Below, piece after piece: positions 53,936-63,903 of a stretch of 64,000 nucleotides of DNA. The stretch comes from Methanotrichaceae archaeon. GTDB taxonomy: Archaea > Halobacteriota > Methanosarcinia > Methanotrichales > Methanotrichaceae. Under the pieces are notes generated by a model. The model was given only the letters and a program-made list of their open reading frames with translations. It had not been told where the DNA came from and searched no databases. The position numbers were made by a program, and so were the translations under genes. Where the stretch lies: the NCBI GenBank assembly GCA_963748825.1, contig CAVVKN010000004.1, positions 32,001 to 96,000 on the forward strand, in the 5' to 3' direction. How positions within the stretch are numbered: position 1 is the first letter of the stretch; each line of letters begins with the position of its first letter.

Positions 53936-54010
53936 CGGGCGCGGGGGGATTCGAACCCCCGATCTACAGCTTAGGAGGCTGCCGCCTTATCCGGACTAGG
54001 CCACGCGCCC
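53936..54010 (-). tRNA. tRNA-Arg(CCT)
   Basis: GGGCGCG acceptor stem; anticodon arm GCAGC-CTCCTAA-GCTGT; GGTTCGAATCC. Confidence 0.96.
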
Positions 54011-54200
54011 TTTTCAGGCTTTTCCGTATAACCAACACGTATATCAACCTTTCCGGATTGGCACGCTCCTTTATTCCGATTGGCGATATTCTTTGCATCG
54101 CAAAATCCATCCGGAGAGTGAGATCGTTCCAACCGCGATATCTCGCTCTTAGCGAGGTCTCTCCTTTCAGCGATGTCTCTTCTTTGGCGCTATCGCTCCT

Positions 54201-55724
54201 TCATCGAATGAGCACTGCGCTCAGAACAACCACGAAGAGGCCCAGGAAGAACCAGCCCAATATCCCTTCTGCCATGGCCAGATGCCTGTAAACGCCTACA
54301 GGATAGGTATTGACTGGCGCCTGGGAGGTAGTGAACATGGCAATGCTGAAATAGAGGGCATCGGTGAAAGATACGCGCTTGCTGGGCTTTAGCCTGGGAT
54401 CTCCAGGAAGCTCCACGCCCTCGATCTCGAACTTGTCCATGCCCTTTCCTGCCCAAAATATAACTCCAAAGATGAGAATGGTAAAGAGACACCAGAAGGC
54501 AGTGTAGCTTACCCGAACACCATAGCCGCAGGAGAGCCAGGAGATGATGTCCGAGATTTTGCCCCAGCCCCAGGGCGCCTGGTCCTGACCGATTCTGCGG
54601 TATTGATAGTAACATTCATCGGCCTCATCAAACCACTCCAGGCTCTTGTAGTTCTTCACCAGTGCCAGGTAGGCGGCCCCATTGTACACCATGCGGTCCC
54701 GTATGGTGCTCCAGTGGACCACGAACTTGGAAAAGTCCGTGCTGTTAAGGTTAATTTTAGAGTTCTCACTGAATGTGACATTATCCAATTGCATGCTGTA
54801 TAGCCTGGCCCCCTCCAAGATCAAATCCTCACCAAACCTGGAATTGACGAAATAGGCCAGGTCTGCCAACTTCACTCCCCCAAAGAAGGCCGTCTTTTTG
54901 AAGTCAACATTGCCAAAGTCCGCGAGACCACCAAAACTAGACAGGCCAAAAGTGCTGCCTCTCCAGAAGCGGGCATCACGAAAGACCACATCGCTCTCGA
55001 AACGAGTGGCGGCAAAAGTTGCATTGCCTCGAAACTGGGCAGATCGAAATGTGACCTGTCCGGCAAACTGAGTCTCAAAGAAGCTTACATCTTCGAAGTT
55101 AGCATTCCAGAAAGATCCGGAACGTAGGAACTTGGCATAATTAAAGTCGACATCACTGGCGAAACCGGAATCAAGGAAGACGGCATCACCATCGAACTGA
55201 ACGTTGCCAAAGCTGCTATCGCTCTGAAAAAGCGCGCTGATGAAGGAGGCTAGCGTACCAAAATAGGTGTCGGCAAAATCGGCCTGCTTTTGGAATCTTG
55301 CACCGGAAAACTTGGCGTCTCCCAGAAACCTGGACTTGACAAAGCTGACATTCTCTTGAAAGATGCATCCCCGCAAATCCAGGACCTCAGCGAAAATCAC
55401 TGCCTCTATTCTTACAGTTCCCAGGAAGCGGGAGTTGGTAATTCTTATCGATTGCTTGACAGGTCCATCCAAAAGCCCCAGATCCAGTTGACCGGCGATG
55501 GTTACATTGTTATAGTTCAGCGGCTCGCCCGATCTTATTTGGTCCAGGATATCCTGGGCGGCTATGGTAGGAGGAGCCAAACCCTGCGGCAAAGAGGCAT
55601 TAAGCCCAGGCTCTTCTGCCAAGGCATCGCTAAGCAGGAGGAACAGTAATAATGCCAAGAGCAGCATGTGCCATCTGGGAACTCGAATCACTGAGCAATT
55701 TGAAGATGGCCCAGGATTTATCAC
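54201..55724 (-). CDS. Pentapeptide-repeat protein with a C-terminal 2TM channel-like domain
   Basis: Signal peptide; A.F..A.F repeats; CGYGVR; TM, DALYFSIAMFTT, TM. Confidence 0.85.
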   Translation of the reverse strand: MINPGPSSNCSVIRVPRWHMLLLALLLFLLLSDALAEEPGLNASLPQGLAPPTIAAQDILDQIRSGEPLNYNNVTIAGQLDLGLLDGPVKQSIRITNSRFLGTVRIEAVIFAEVLDLRGCIFQENVSFVKSRFLGDAKFSGARFQKQADFADTYFGTLASFISALFQSDSSFGNVQFDGDAVFLDSGFASDVDFNYAKFLRSGSFWNANFEDVSFFETQFAGQVTFRSAQFRGNATFAATRFESDVVFRDARFWRGSTFGLSSFGGLADFGNVDFKKTAFFGGVKLADLAYFVNSRFGEDLILEGARLYSMQLDNVTFSENSKINLNSTDFSKFVVHWSTIRDRMVYNGAAYLALVKNYKSLEWFDEADECYYQYRRIGQDQAPWGWGKISDIISWLSCGYGVRVSYTAFWCLFTILIFGVIFWAGKGMDKFEIEGVELPGDPRLKPSKRVSFTDALYFSIAMFTTSQAPVNTYPVGVYRHLAMAEGILGWFFLGLFVVVLSAVLIR

Positions 55725-55737
55725 TTTTGTATTTACA

Positions 55738-57276
55738 TTACCGGATCATAACCCGGCCCAAGGTCACCAGGAAGAGTGCCAGCAGCAGCCAGCCTAAAAT
55801 TCCTTCCAGGATGACATAATATCTGTTTTTGCCTACCGGCAGAAATTCATTGGGCCCCCGGGAGATGAAGATCATGGTGCTGAAAAAGAGGGCGTTACGT
55901 AAGGTAACGTGTCCGGGCACGGCATACTTTTCCGCCGGCTCATGCAGGGGCTTGGCTGACTTTCGAATGCCGTCCCCACTCCAGAAAACCAGGGCGAAGA
56001 TGAAGATTGTCAGAAGCGACCATATCCCTGCATAGCCGGGACGCACGCCATAGCCGCAAGAGAGCCAGGCCAAAATATCGATGACCTTAGACCAGCCCCA
56101 TCCCTTATGATCTTGATCAATCTTTCGATATTGATAGTAGCAGTCATCCTGATCACCAGACCAGCCCAGGCGGCGGTAGTTTTCCACCAGCGCAAGATAA
56201 GCTCCCGGCTCCCAGACCACATGCCCAGCGATCTCATTCCAATGAGCCTTGAAGCGGGCAAAATCGGTGTCGTTCAGGATAATTCGAGAATTCTTGCCGA
56301 ATTTTGCCTTATCCAAAAGGATGGTGGAGATCGATCCGCCCTTGAAGTTGAGATCACCATCGAACAGGGCGCTCTGGAAGCTGGCGATGTCCTGGAACTT
56401 GGTCAGGCCAAAGAAGGCATCCTTCTGAAACTTTGCTCCCGAGAAGTAGGCGGCATCAGAAAAGCGAGCCAGGCTGAAGACCGCCTCCCCGGAAAAGAGC
56501 GCGCCGCCAAAGGAAGAGAGGCCGGAGAAGCTGGCCAGGCCGAACTGGGTGGGGCCGGAAAAGACGGCATCGCTGAAGAGGGGACTGTTAAAACGAGACT
56601 GGAAGAAGTTGGCTTTACCGGAAAAGGAAGCGGCGGAAAAGTCTGGCGCCCCCAAGAAATCGACATCCGAAAAGAGGGCGTCTCCTAGGAACTGCGCGGA
56701 CGCGAAGTAGGAATATGAGTCGAAATTGGAGTAATTGAAGTAAGCATTGGCCATGAACCGGGCCTCATTGAAAAAGGCATCCATGCCAAACGTGGCATCC
56801 TCGAAGCTCACGTTATCGCGAAAGAGGGCGCCATCGAAGACTGCTGGCTGGGAGAAGGAGGCGGCGGAAAAGCTCGCGTTGCCAAAGGCGGTGTTGGCGA
56901 AATCGGCCTGGCCCCGAAAGCTGGCCCGCTCAAAGCTGGCATTGCCAAAGGTGGTGCCCCAGAAGACGGCGTCCTTCGCGAAGGTGACGCCGGAGAAAGA
57001 AGCGTTGGCAATGGAGGAGTTGGTAAGCGCGAAAGTGGCGGAATCCTGGGCCTCTGGAAGGGAGCTGAGATCCAGGTCGCCAGAGATGCGGACACCATCG
57101 TAGTAAACGGGCTCGTTCTCTGCGATTTTGGCCAATATCTCCTGGGCGGGGACGACCTGTTGTGCACCGGAAGTGACGACTAACGCCAACGCCAAGACGG
57201 TTATCAGTGCAAGAGATCGCCTGAGCATCCAGAAGCACTTTGGGATTTCCGGGTCATATTCTTTGCGTACTGGCAT
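55738..57276 (-). CDS. Pentapeptide-repeat protein with a C-terminal 2TM channel-like domain (paralog)
   Basis: Same architecture; NALFFSTMIFIS pore-helix-like segment; EGILGW. Confidence 0.85.
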   Translation of the reverse strand: MPVRKEYDPEIPKCFWMLRRSLALITVLALALVVTSGAQQVVPAQEILAKIAENEPVYYDGVRISGDLDLSSLPEAQDSATFALTNSSIANASFSGVTFAKDAVFWGTTFGNASFERASFRGQADFANTAFGNASFSAASFSQPAVFDGALFRDNVSFEDATFGMDAFFNEARFMANAYFNYSNFDSYSYFASAQFLGDALFSDVDFLGAPDFSAASFSGKANFFQSRFNSPLFSDAVFSGPTQFGLASFSGLSSFGGALFSGEAVFSLARFSDAAYFSGAKFQKDAFFGLTKFQDIASFQSALFDGDLNFKGGSISTILLDKAKFGKNSRIILNDTDFARFKAHWNEIAGHVVWEPGAYLALVENYRRLGWSGDQDDCYYQYRKIDQDHKGWGWSKVIDILAWLSCGYGVRPGYAGIWSLLTIFIFALVFWSGDGIRKSAKPLHEPAEKYAVPGHVTLRNALFFSTMIFISRGPNEFLPVGKNRYYVILEGILGWLLLALFLVTLGRVMIR

Positions 57277-57981
57277 TTTCGCTGCGACGTCCCGAAACCT
57301 TTGACTTTTATATACCCATCAATGGGGCATGGGAAAGAATCCATTCTTGCTGGTGGCCGGAGATTGCAGAGGATGATACGGAATGGCTGTATGGAATAAA
57401 GTCATTCAAAAGCTACAAAATGCGGCATTGGCGTCTAGAAGAACGGAAATTTATCAGAATTTTGTACTTTAGTCGCTATCCCTCCGCAAGCTTTTTCGTG
57501 TGCGCGAGGGATTGAGCACCAGAGAGATGAGATTTGGCGGCATCTAACGAGATCGCTGATCTAGGTGAGAAGTATTGGCATGATGGTAGACTCGCACAAC
57601 GCATTTCACACGTCCGAAGAGGTCCTTCTCCATGCCTGAGCCTGGTCGCAGTGTCCCATCAACCTCATCCGAACTCGCAAATGGCGCTTCAGATACCACT
57701 ACTGCAAAAATCAAACCTAACGTTATCGCCCATGACCTGGTCTTCCCCGAGCCAGTGCAAGTCGCAGGTCACCTACGATTATGTCCCCTTGAGGGCGGGT
57801 CCGCGTGTTTCTGCCTAGGTATCCTAAAGAGGAACGCCCGAGAGATATCCATAAATGCCAAAGCCCTGCAAAGGGCCAGTAAGATGAAAGACAAAGCAAT
57901 TCATGTCTATGGATGCGCGCGTCTTGAGGTTAATACTTACTAATACTCTGATTAAGTAATTATAGCGAGAGGAAGTGGAAA

Positions 57982-58647
57982 ATGTTTGTTTCGATAATAA
58001 TACCGATAAAAGATGAGCCTGCCATTCAAGAGCTTATTGAGGATCTAAATAAGGCAATAAAACAAAATCATGAAATAATTATTGTTGATAAAAGCAAGGT
58101 TACGCCTAATATTCAGGATGCAAGAATCATATCTCAGAGATCTGATGGCCTTGGCAATGCCTTCGTTGAAGGTTTGAGCAAAGCAAATGGCGATGTAATA
58201 GCACTAATGGATGGCGACGGTTCACACAGACCGGAAGATTTGAATAATTTGTTAAGCAAAATTGGAGAATATGATATAGCACTTGGCTCCAAGCTTATAG
58301 AAGGTGGGCAAAGTCATGATTCAATAGGTAGAAAGACTGTCACACTTGTTTTTTCTCTGTTAACCCGATTGATTTTATGGGTAGACATAAAAGATCCGAT
58401 GACTGGGTTTATGGCTGCAAAAAGGAGCGTGTTTAGGGATCTAACGCTCAAACCCAGGGGTTTCAAAATAGTAATTGAAATTGTATATAAATCTCAGGCA
58501 AATACTACAGAAGTTCCTATCCTATTCCGAGAGAGACAAGGTGGGGCTTCAAAAGCAGGCTTCAATGCAAATGGTCTTAAAGAGGTTTTCTTGATAATTA
58601 AGACCCTATTCGGGCTAAGAATGGGGCGATTGAGGGGATACTGGTAA
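57982..58647 (+). CDS. GT2 polyprenol-phosphate glycosyltransferase (Dpm1/GtrB-like)
   Basis: SIIIPIKDE, IIVD, GLGNA, MDGDGSH, DPMTGF, RGFKI, EVPILFRER. Confidence 0.88.
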   Translation: MFVSIIIPIKDEPAIQELIEDLNKAIKQNHEIIIVDKSKVTPNIQDARIISQRSDGLGNAFVEGLSKANGDVIALMDGDGSHRPEDLNNLLSKIGEYDIALGSKLIEGGQSHDSIGRKTVTLVFSLLTRLILWVDIKDPMTGFMAAKRSVFRDLTLKPRGFKIVIEIVYKSQANTTEVPILFRERQGGASKAGFNANGLKEVFLIIKTLFGLRMGRLRGYW

Positions 58648-58741
58648 ATCGTTGATTAGAGGACACTCATAACTTTAGTTGTTTATCACTCCAGTATTTT
58701 CTTAGCGAGGGGTTATATAGCGATGTTTGAGAAGAGGATCA

Positions 58742-59179
58742 ATGGACTTGAGGGGGGATCAATTAATTGGTGCTAAGATTAGTGGTCACCGGAAAACCAT
58801 ATCCAAATTTGCCTTTGTTGGGGCAATTGGGGCTATTATTAATCTGTCTTTGTTGTGGTTTTTAACAAGTGTTGGCTTATTATACTACATTTTTTCGGCA
58901 ATTATCGCGATTGAGGTGAGCATATTTTGTAATTTTTATTTAAATTCTAAGATAACATTTGATTATCAGTTCTTGAATAGATCGGACATTGTTTCGGCAA
59001 TTTTTAGATATCATTTAGCATCCTTGCTTGGGATATTAGTTAATATTTTAACGCTGATTATCTTAACTGAATATTTTAAAATATTTTATTTGGTTTCAGA
59101 GATTATAGCAATTTTCTCAGCCTTTGGATTAAATTATTTTATTAGTATAAATTGGGTATGGAACAAACCGGGCGGATGA
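58742..59179 (+). CDS. GtrA-family flippase-like membrane protein
   Basis: KFAFVGAIGAIIN, NFYLNSKITF, NYFISINWVW; four TM segments. Confidence 0.88.
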   Translation: MDLRGDQLIGAKISGHRKTISKFAFVGAIGAIINLSLLWFLTSVGLLYYIFSAIIAIEVSIFCNFYLNSKITFDYQFLNRSDIVSAIFRYHLASLLGILVNILTLIILTEYFKIFYLVSEIIAIFSAFGLNYFISINWVWNKPGG

Positions 59180-59381
59180 AAACGTCATTCACTAGTCAAA
59201 TTGCGGCGGCACGCCACTGTCAAGTACTTTCCTCTAATTTTTATGTACTAGATAAAAAAAGGAAAGCGTATTTACATCTTTTGTTAAAGTTAGAGTACTG
59301 AGGGTAACTTTTATAACTGAACGAAGAGTCGAACCACTGAAGTGCTGACGCACTTGAGGTAAGAAGGAGGGAGGTAGAAGG

Positions 59382-61202
59382 ATGGAGCAATCATCGCAGA
59401 AAGCTCGTATCAAAGTCATCAGCGAGCATATCACTAATATTTTCTCAAATGAGAAAAATGTTCTGATTGCATTGATGCTCTTTGGCCTACTCTGTCGCCT
59501 TTTCAACCTGGCCACTCCTCTTCTGGATTATCATAGTTGGCGGCAAACTGACACAGCAGCCATAGCCAGAAATTTTTATTACAATGGATTTAATATTTTT
59601 TATCCGCAAATAGACTGGGGAGGGGCCGGCCCGGGATATGTTGAAGCAGAATTTCAATTAGTTCCATTTATAATTGCTATATTTTATAAAATATTTGGAG
59701 TTCATGAATATGTAGCCCGGCTTGTAATCATAGCTTTTTCAGTAGGTTCTATTTATCTTCTTTATAAAATGGTGCGCATTTACTACAGCAGAAGGGTAGC
59801 TATCTTCAGCGCAATTTTCTTTATTATATCTCCTATGGAGCTATATTTTGGCAGGACCGTTATGCCAGATTCAGCCATGATTTTCTTTTCGATTGGTTCA
59901 CTATATTTTTTTAATAAATGGACCAATGACGAAAAAAATGGCTCATTGATTTTGGCGATAATCTGCACAACCCTTGCCTTCCTTGTAAAGATATCCACGC
60001 TATATTTGGGATTGCCTTTGCTCTGGTTGGCATACACTAAGTACGGAAAGAGGTTTTTATTCGAACCAAAGCTCTACATCTTCACTATACTTATATTAAT
60101 TCCCCCAGTTATGTGGTATTATTTTGCCCATTCAGTTCTTGCCCAGTACAATACATTTGATTTTTGGAACCTTGGCAGCGGGAGCAAATTTGCCAGCCTC
60201 GAAACGCTTACTGATCCGTGGATTTACACAACTCTCGCCACAAGGTTGGTAATCTACATATTCACGCCAGTCGGGTTGCTGCTATTTATCTACGCACTAT
60301 CTTTGAAGACGAAGCTCAAGGATTACGTATTTCATTTCTGGGTCCTAGCCGTAATCATCTTTTTTTTGCTGGTTCCTCTTGGCAACATTGGCAATGACTA
60401 CTACCAACGAGCATTGATTCCTGCCGTAGCAGTCTTTGTGGGAAGAGCTCTCTCTGAGGTGTATGAAAAAAAGAAGATATTACCATTCATTCTTGTTGCT
60501 TTCATATCGATATCATCCGTTTACTATATGGCCCCCGCATATGATCAAGGTTATGTAATCCTTGATGCAGGGACTATGGTAGATAAGGTAACCAGCCAGA
60601 ATGACCTAATAATAACAACCTCATGGATAGGCTCGAGTCCAAATATATTATATTATTCAAATAGAAAAGGCTGGGTAGTTCCAGCGGAAAGATGGTCAGA
60701 GGAGACCATTGAGCAGATGAAAGTACAGGGTGCAAAATTCTTGGTGATTGCTCCACAGTCATTGCTTTCAGATAATCCCCAATTTGCCAATCAAATCTTC
60801 AGTAATTATAGGTCGCTCATTGGTAGTAATTTCGTGATATTTGATTTGTCTCTGCCAAGCGATATAAACCGCTCACCAAATCAGACTGATATAGCCTTCA
60901 AAGGCAGTGGTGCACTCGTCGGTGGAAATATGGAAGAAAGCACCTCAGGTCTCCTGAATATAACCTGTTATTATAATAGATCTGATGTAAATATTAATAC
61001 AAATAGAATAAATGGAAAATATTACGTTCTTGGGGTTGATTTTATGGATAAAGACGGTCAAATAGTACGTGAGAATCGATTCTTCACCAGCGAACTATCC
61101 CCCAGTGGCATCACAAAGAATAACTATGTGACTTCATTGTCTTCAGATGAGAAAGCGAAGATATATGATGCTCAAGTAAAACTTGGCGAAATAGAATTCT
61201 AA
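59382..61202 (+). CDS. GT-C fold (ArnT/PMT-like) membrane glycosyltransferase
   Basis: HSWRQTDTAAIARNF, EFQL, GRTVMPD, LVK, YYQ, LYYSNRKGW; about 11 TM segments. Confidence 0.88.
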   Translation: MEQSSQKARIKVISEHITNIFSNEKNVLIALMLFGLLCRLFNLATPLLDYHSWRQTDTAAIARNFYYNGFNIFYPQIDWGGAGPGYVEAEFQLVPFIIAIFYKIFGVHEYVARLVIIAFSVGSIYLLYKMVRIYYSRRVAIFSAIFFIISPMELYFGRTVMPDSAMIFFSIGSLYFFNKWTNDEKNGSLILAIICTTLAFLVKISTLYLGLPLLWLAYTKYGKRFLFEPKLYIFTILILIPPVMWYYFAHSVLAQYNTFDFWNLGSGSKFASLETLTDPWIYTTLATRLVIYIFTPVGLLLFIYALSLKTKLKDYVFHFWVLAVIIFFLLVPLGNIGNDYYQRALIPAVAVFVGRALSEVYEKKKILPFILVAFISISSVYYMAPAYDQGYVILDAGTMVDKVTSQNDLIITTSWIGSSPNILYYSNRKGWVVPAERWSEETIEQMKVQGAKFLVIAPQSLLSDNPQFANQIFSNYRSLIGSNFVIFDLSLPSDINRSPNQTDIAFKGSGALVGGNMEESTSGLLNITCYYNRSDVNINTNRINGKYYVLGVDFMDKDGQIVRENRFFTSELSPSGITKNNYVTSLSSDEKAKIYDAQVKLGEIEF

Positions 61203-61361
61203 TTCATACATGTAATTTGAGCCATTAACTATTTTTGGTCGCCTGCGTGAGCTATTAAAAAGCGCTAATTATAATTCTACATCCAGCAAGGGTCCAATCT
61301 ACCCAAATTGGAAAACATCAAGCGTAGCTATATATGCCGATCTATTCTTTCACCTCATGCC

Positions 61362-62285
61362 ATGCCACCACAAAATCAAGCTACACAGACCCTCACCAAG
61401 CAGGGCTACCACCTGGTGGGCTCGGGCGCAGTCAAGCCCTGCCTGTGGCTCAACCGCTCCCTGCGAGGCGGGGACCAGTGCTACAAGCATCACTTCTACG
61501 GCATCTCCAGCCACCGCTGCGTGCAGATGACGCCCACCTTGGAGTGCAACCACCACTGCCTGCACTGCTGGAGGCCGATAGACGATCCTGTGCCGGGAAT
61601 TGCCCCTCAGGAGCCTGCGGAGCTATTGGACGGCATCCTGCGCGGCCAGCAGAAGTTTATTTCCGGCTATGGCGGAGCCAAGACCACGGATCTGGAGAGG
61701 TTGGCCGAGGCGCGCGAGCCAAAGCATGTGGCTCTCTCCCTCATGGGCGAGCCCACACTCTATCCATATCTAAAGGAGCTTATCGATCTGATACGTAAAA
61801 GAGGCATGACCTCTTTTGTGGTGAGCAACGCCACAAATCCCGATGTCCTGGCCGAGCTGCAGCCGACGCAGCTCTACCTCAGCCTCAATGCTCCCGACGA
61901 GGAGTTGTACCGGCGCGTCTGCCGTCCCACCGGAGAACTCTGGCAAAGGATCCTGGAGAGCCTGGAGATCATCAAGCAGCACCGCTGCCGAAGCGTGATC
62001 CGCCTGACTCTGGTCCGCGGCCTGAACATGGAAAGGCCGGAGGACTACGCCCGCCTCATCGCGAAGGCCGAGCCGGACTTTGTGGAGGTCAAGGCATACA
62101 TGCACCTGGGCCGCTCCCGAGACCGTCTGACCCGCGAGGCCATGCCGCAGCACTCCGAGATCATGGAATTCACTCGCACCTTAGGCAGGGCCCTGGGCTA
62201 CGAGCTGGAGGCAGACGTGCCCCTGAGCCGGGTTGCCCTTCTCTCCAGCCGGCGTGTGGAGAGAAGCCTGGTGGATAAGAATTAA
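61362..62285 (+). CDS. taw1: 4-demethylwyosine synthase Taw1 (radical SAM)
   Basis: AVKPCLW, CYKHHFYGISSHRC, CNHHCLHCWR, LSLMGEPTLY, EVKAYMHLG. Confidence 0.93.
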   Translation: MPPQNQATQTLTKQGYHLVGSGAVKPCLWLNRSLRGGDQCYKHHFYGISSHRCVQMTPTLECNHHCLHCWRPIDDPVPGIAPQEPAELLDGILRGQQKFISGYGGAKTTDLERLAEAREPKHVALSLMGEPTLYPYLKELIDLIRKRGMTSFVVSNATNPDVLAELQPTQLYLSLNAPDEELYRRVCRPTGELWQRILESLEIIKQHRCRSVIRLTLVRGLNMERPEDYARLIAKAEPDFVEVKAYMHLGRSRDRLTREAMPQHSEIMEFTRTLGRALGYELEADVPLSRVALLSSRRVERSLVDKN

Positions 62286-62409
62286 AAAGGCAAAATTGGA
62301 GAGAAGCGGAGAACGATTCGTCTCACTCAAGGTGAAACGACGGCGGCGCACCCGCGCGGCAAGCTGCGGGGCATTACGTTTAAAAAAAAGGATAAATATG
62401 CACGATGAT

Positions 62410-62528
62410 CACACCGGATTAAAGACACACTCCGGATTAAAAATCAGTACTTACTCAGACATTTTATAGTTATGAACTCATGAAATGGAAAATTTAGGTG
62501 CAAAGATGGTTACGCACCCAGGATTAAG
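62410..62528 (+). repeat. Three direct repeats CAC-N-C-N-GGATTAA upstream of a response regulator
   Basis: cacaccggattaaa at 62410, cactccggattaaa at 62428, cacccaggattaag at 62515. Confidence 0.5.
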
Positions 62529-62670
62529 ATACAAGGTTAATCTAAGAGAGAGCATTTAAGAGAAGATATGTTCCGCTCAGTGGGAAAACTATTTTTGTGG
62601 GTAGTTGCAACAACTCCTTTGGCCTTAATGATTTAAGGAGAAGAGTGGGCGTAAAGCTTCAGGTGAATCT

Positions 62671-63069
62671 ATGGACTTAGAAATAAAGATCCTGCTGGTG
62701 GAGGACAATTTAGAGGACGCAGCCGTAACAAAGCGCGTGTTAAAGCATAATAAGCTGAATAATGGTCTGGTTATTGCCACCAGCGGCAAAGAGGCCCTGG
62801 CAGCGCTGCAAAATAAGACTAAGGCAGATCTGCCCCAGCTAATCTTGCTGGATATCAACCTGCCCGATATCAGCGGCATAGATCTTCTCACCTGCATAAA
62901 AAAAGATGAAAATCTTCGCAACATACCCGTGGTCATTCTTACCGGATCCAATGTGGATCAAGATATTCAGAAGAGCTACGATCTGGGAGCGGGCAGCTAC
63001 CTGGTCAAGCCCATCTCCAATGATGCCTTGATGCTGGTCATCGAGAAGCTATTTTATCCCAGAGGCTAG
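62671..63069 (+). CDS. Single-domain response regulator (CheY/Rcp1-like)
   Basis: ILLVEDN, LILLDINLP, IPVVILT, YLVKP. Confidence 0.92.
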   Translation: MDLEIKILLVEDNLEDAAVTKRVLKHNKLNNGLVIATSGKEALAALQNKTKADLPQLILLDINLPDISGIDLLTCIKKDENLRNIPVVILTGSNVDQDIQKSYDLGAGSYLVKPISNDALMLVIEKLFYPRG

Positions 63070-63903
63070 ACGCCTCGCTACATCAAGATTCCCTCTATCA
63101 TCCCGGCGAGCATCCACCGGCGTCTCCAGGATCATAGCCAGGTCGGCAAGAGCGGGATGAACAAGAATTGCGCGAAAGCCCTCCTCGCCTATCTGCCCCA
63201 GGCCAATATGCTCATGCCGGTCCAGATGCGACCCGATGGCTCCCTTGCAATCGTTGAGATGGATGAGCATAAGCAACTCTAGTCCGATGCGATCCTGAAA
63301 CTGATCCAGCGTCGTCTGCAATGCACGAGAGGATCGCAGGTCGTATCCTGCGGCATGAAGATGACATGTATCCAGGCAAACGCCCAACCGCTCGCGTTCG
63401 GCTGGCAGGGATTGCAGGATGGCAGCTATATCGGAAAACGTGCTACCCATGCTGTTCTTTGTGCCGGCGCTGTTCTCCAGAAGCAAGACGGTATCGCTAT
63501 CGCACTCAGAAAAGACAGTCTGCAAAGCAGCTACAATCCTCGCGAGCCCACTCTCCCGGCCCCCGCCCAGGTGACTTCCCAGATGAGTTACAAGATAAGG
63601 TATGCCTAAAGCCTGGCAGCGCTCCAGCTCCCTCGCGAGAGCCTCTACCGATTTGGCATAAACCTCTTCCTTTGACGAGGCAAGGTTGGGCAAGTAAGGC
63701 ATATGGTCAACGACAGGAGAGAGGCCGGACTGCCTTTGCAGAGCGAGAAAGCGCTCCACAGATTCATCTGGGATGGGATTTGAGCTCCATTTGCGAGGAT
63801 TGGAAGAGAAGATCTGAAAGGCATCACAACCTTTTTCGCGAGCACGAGAAACGGCCCTGTCCACGCCACCAGCAACTGAAACGTGCACGCCTAATCGCAC
63901 CAT
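63049..63903 (-). CDS. nfo: Endonuclease IV (AP endonuclease)
   Basis: GVHVS, QIF..NPR, HMPYLPNL, LLENSAG, DTCH, HLND, DRHEHIG, ILETP. Confidence 0.95.
   Translation of the reverse strand: MVRLGVHVSVAGGVDRAVSRAREKGCDAFQIFSSNPRKWSSNPIPDESVERFLALQRQSGLSPVVDHMPYLPNLASSKEEVYAKSVEALARELERCQALGIPYLVTHLGSHLGGGRESGLARIVAALQTVFSECDSDTVLLLENSAGTKNSMGSTFSDIAAILQSLPAERERLGVCLDTCHLHAAGYDLRSSRALQTTLDQFQDRIGLELLMLIHLNDCKGAIGSHLDRHEHIGLGQIGEEGFRAILVHPALADLAMILETPVDARRDDRGNLDVARRLASGIK

Noticed and set aside
54201-57276. Pentapeptide proteins as Qnr/MfpA-like gyrase protectors
   Set aside because: They have signal peptides and membrane domains and are not linked to gyrAB
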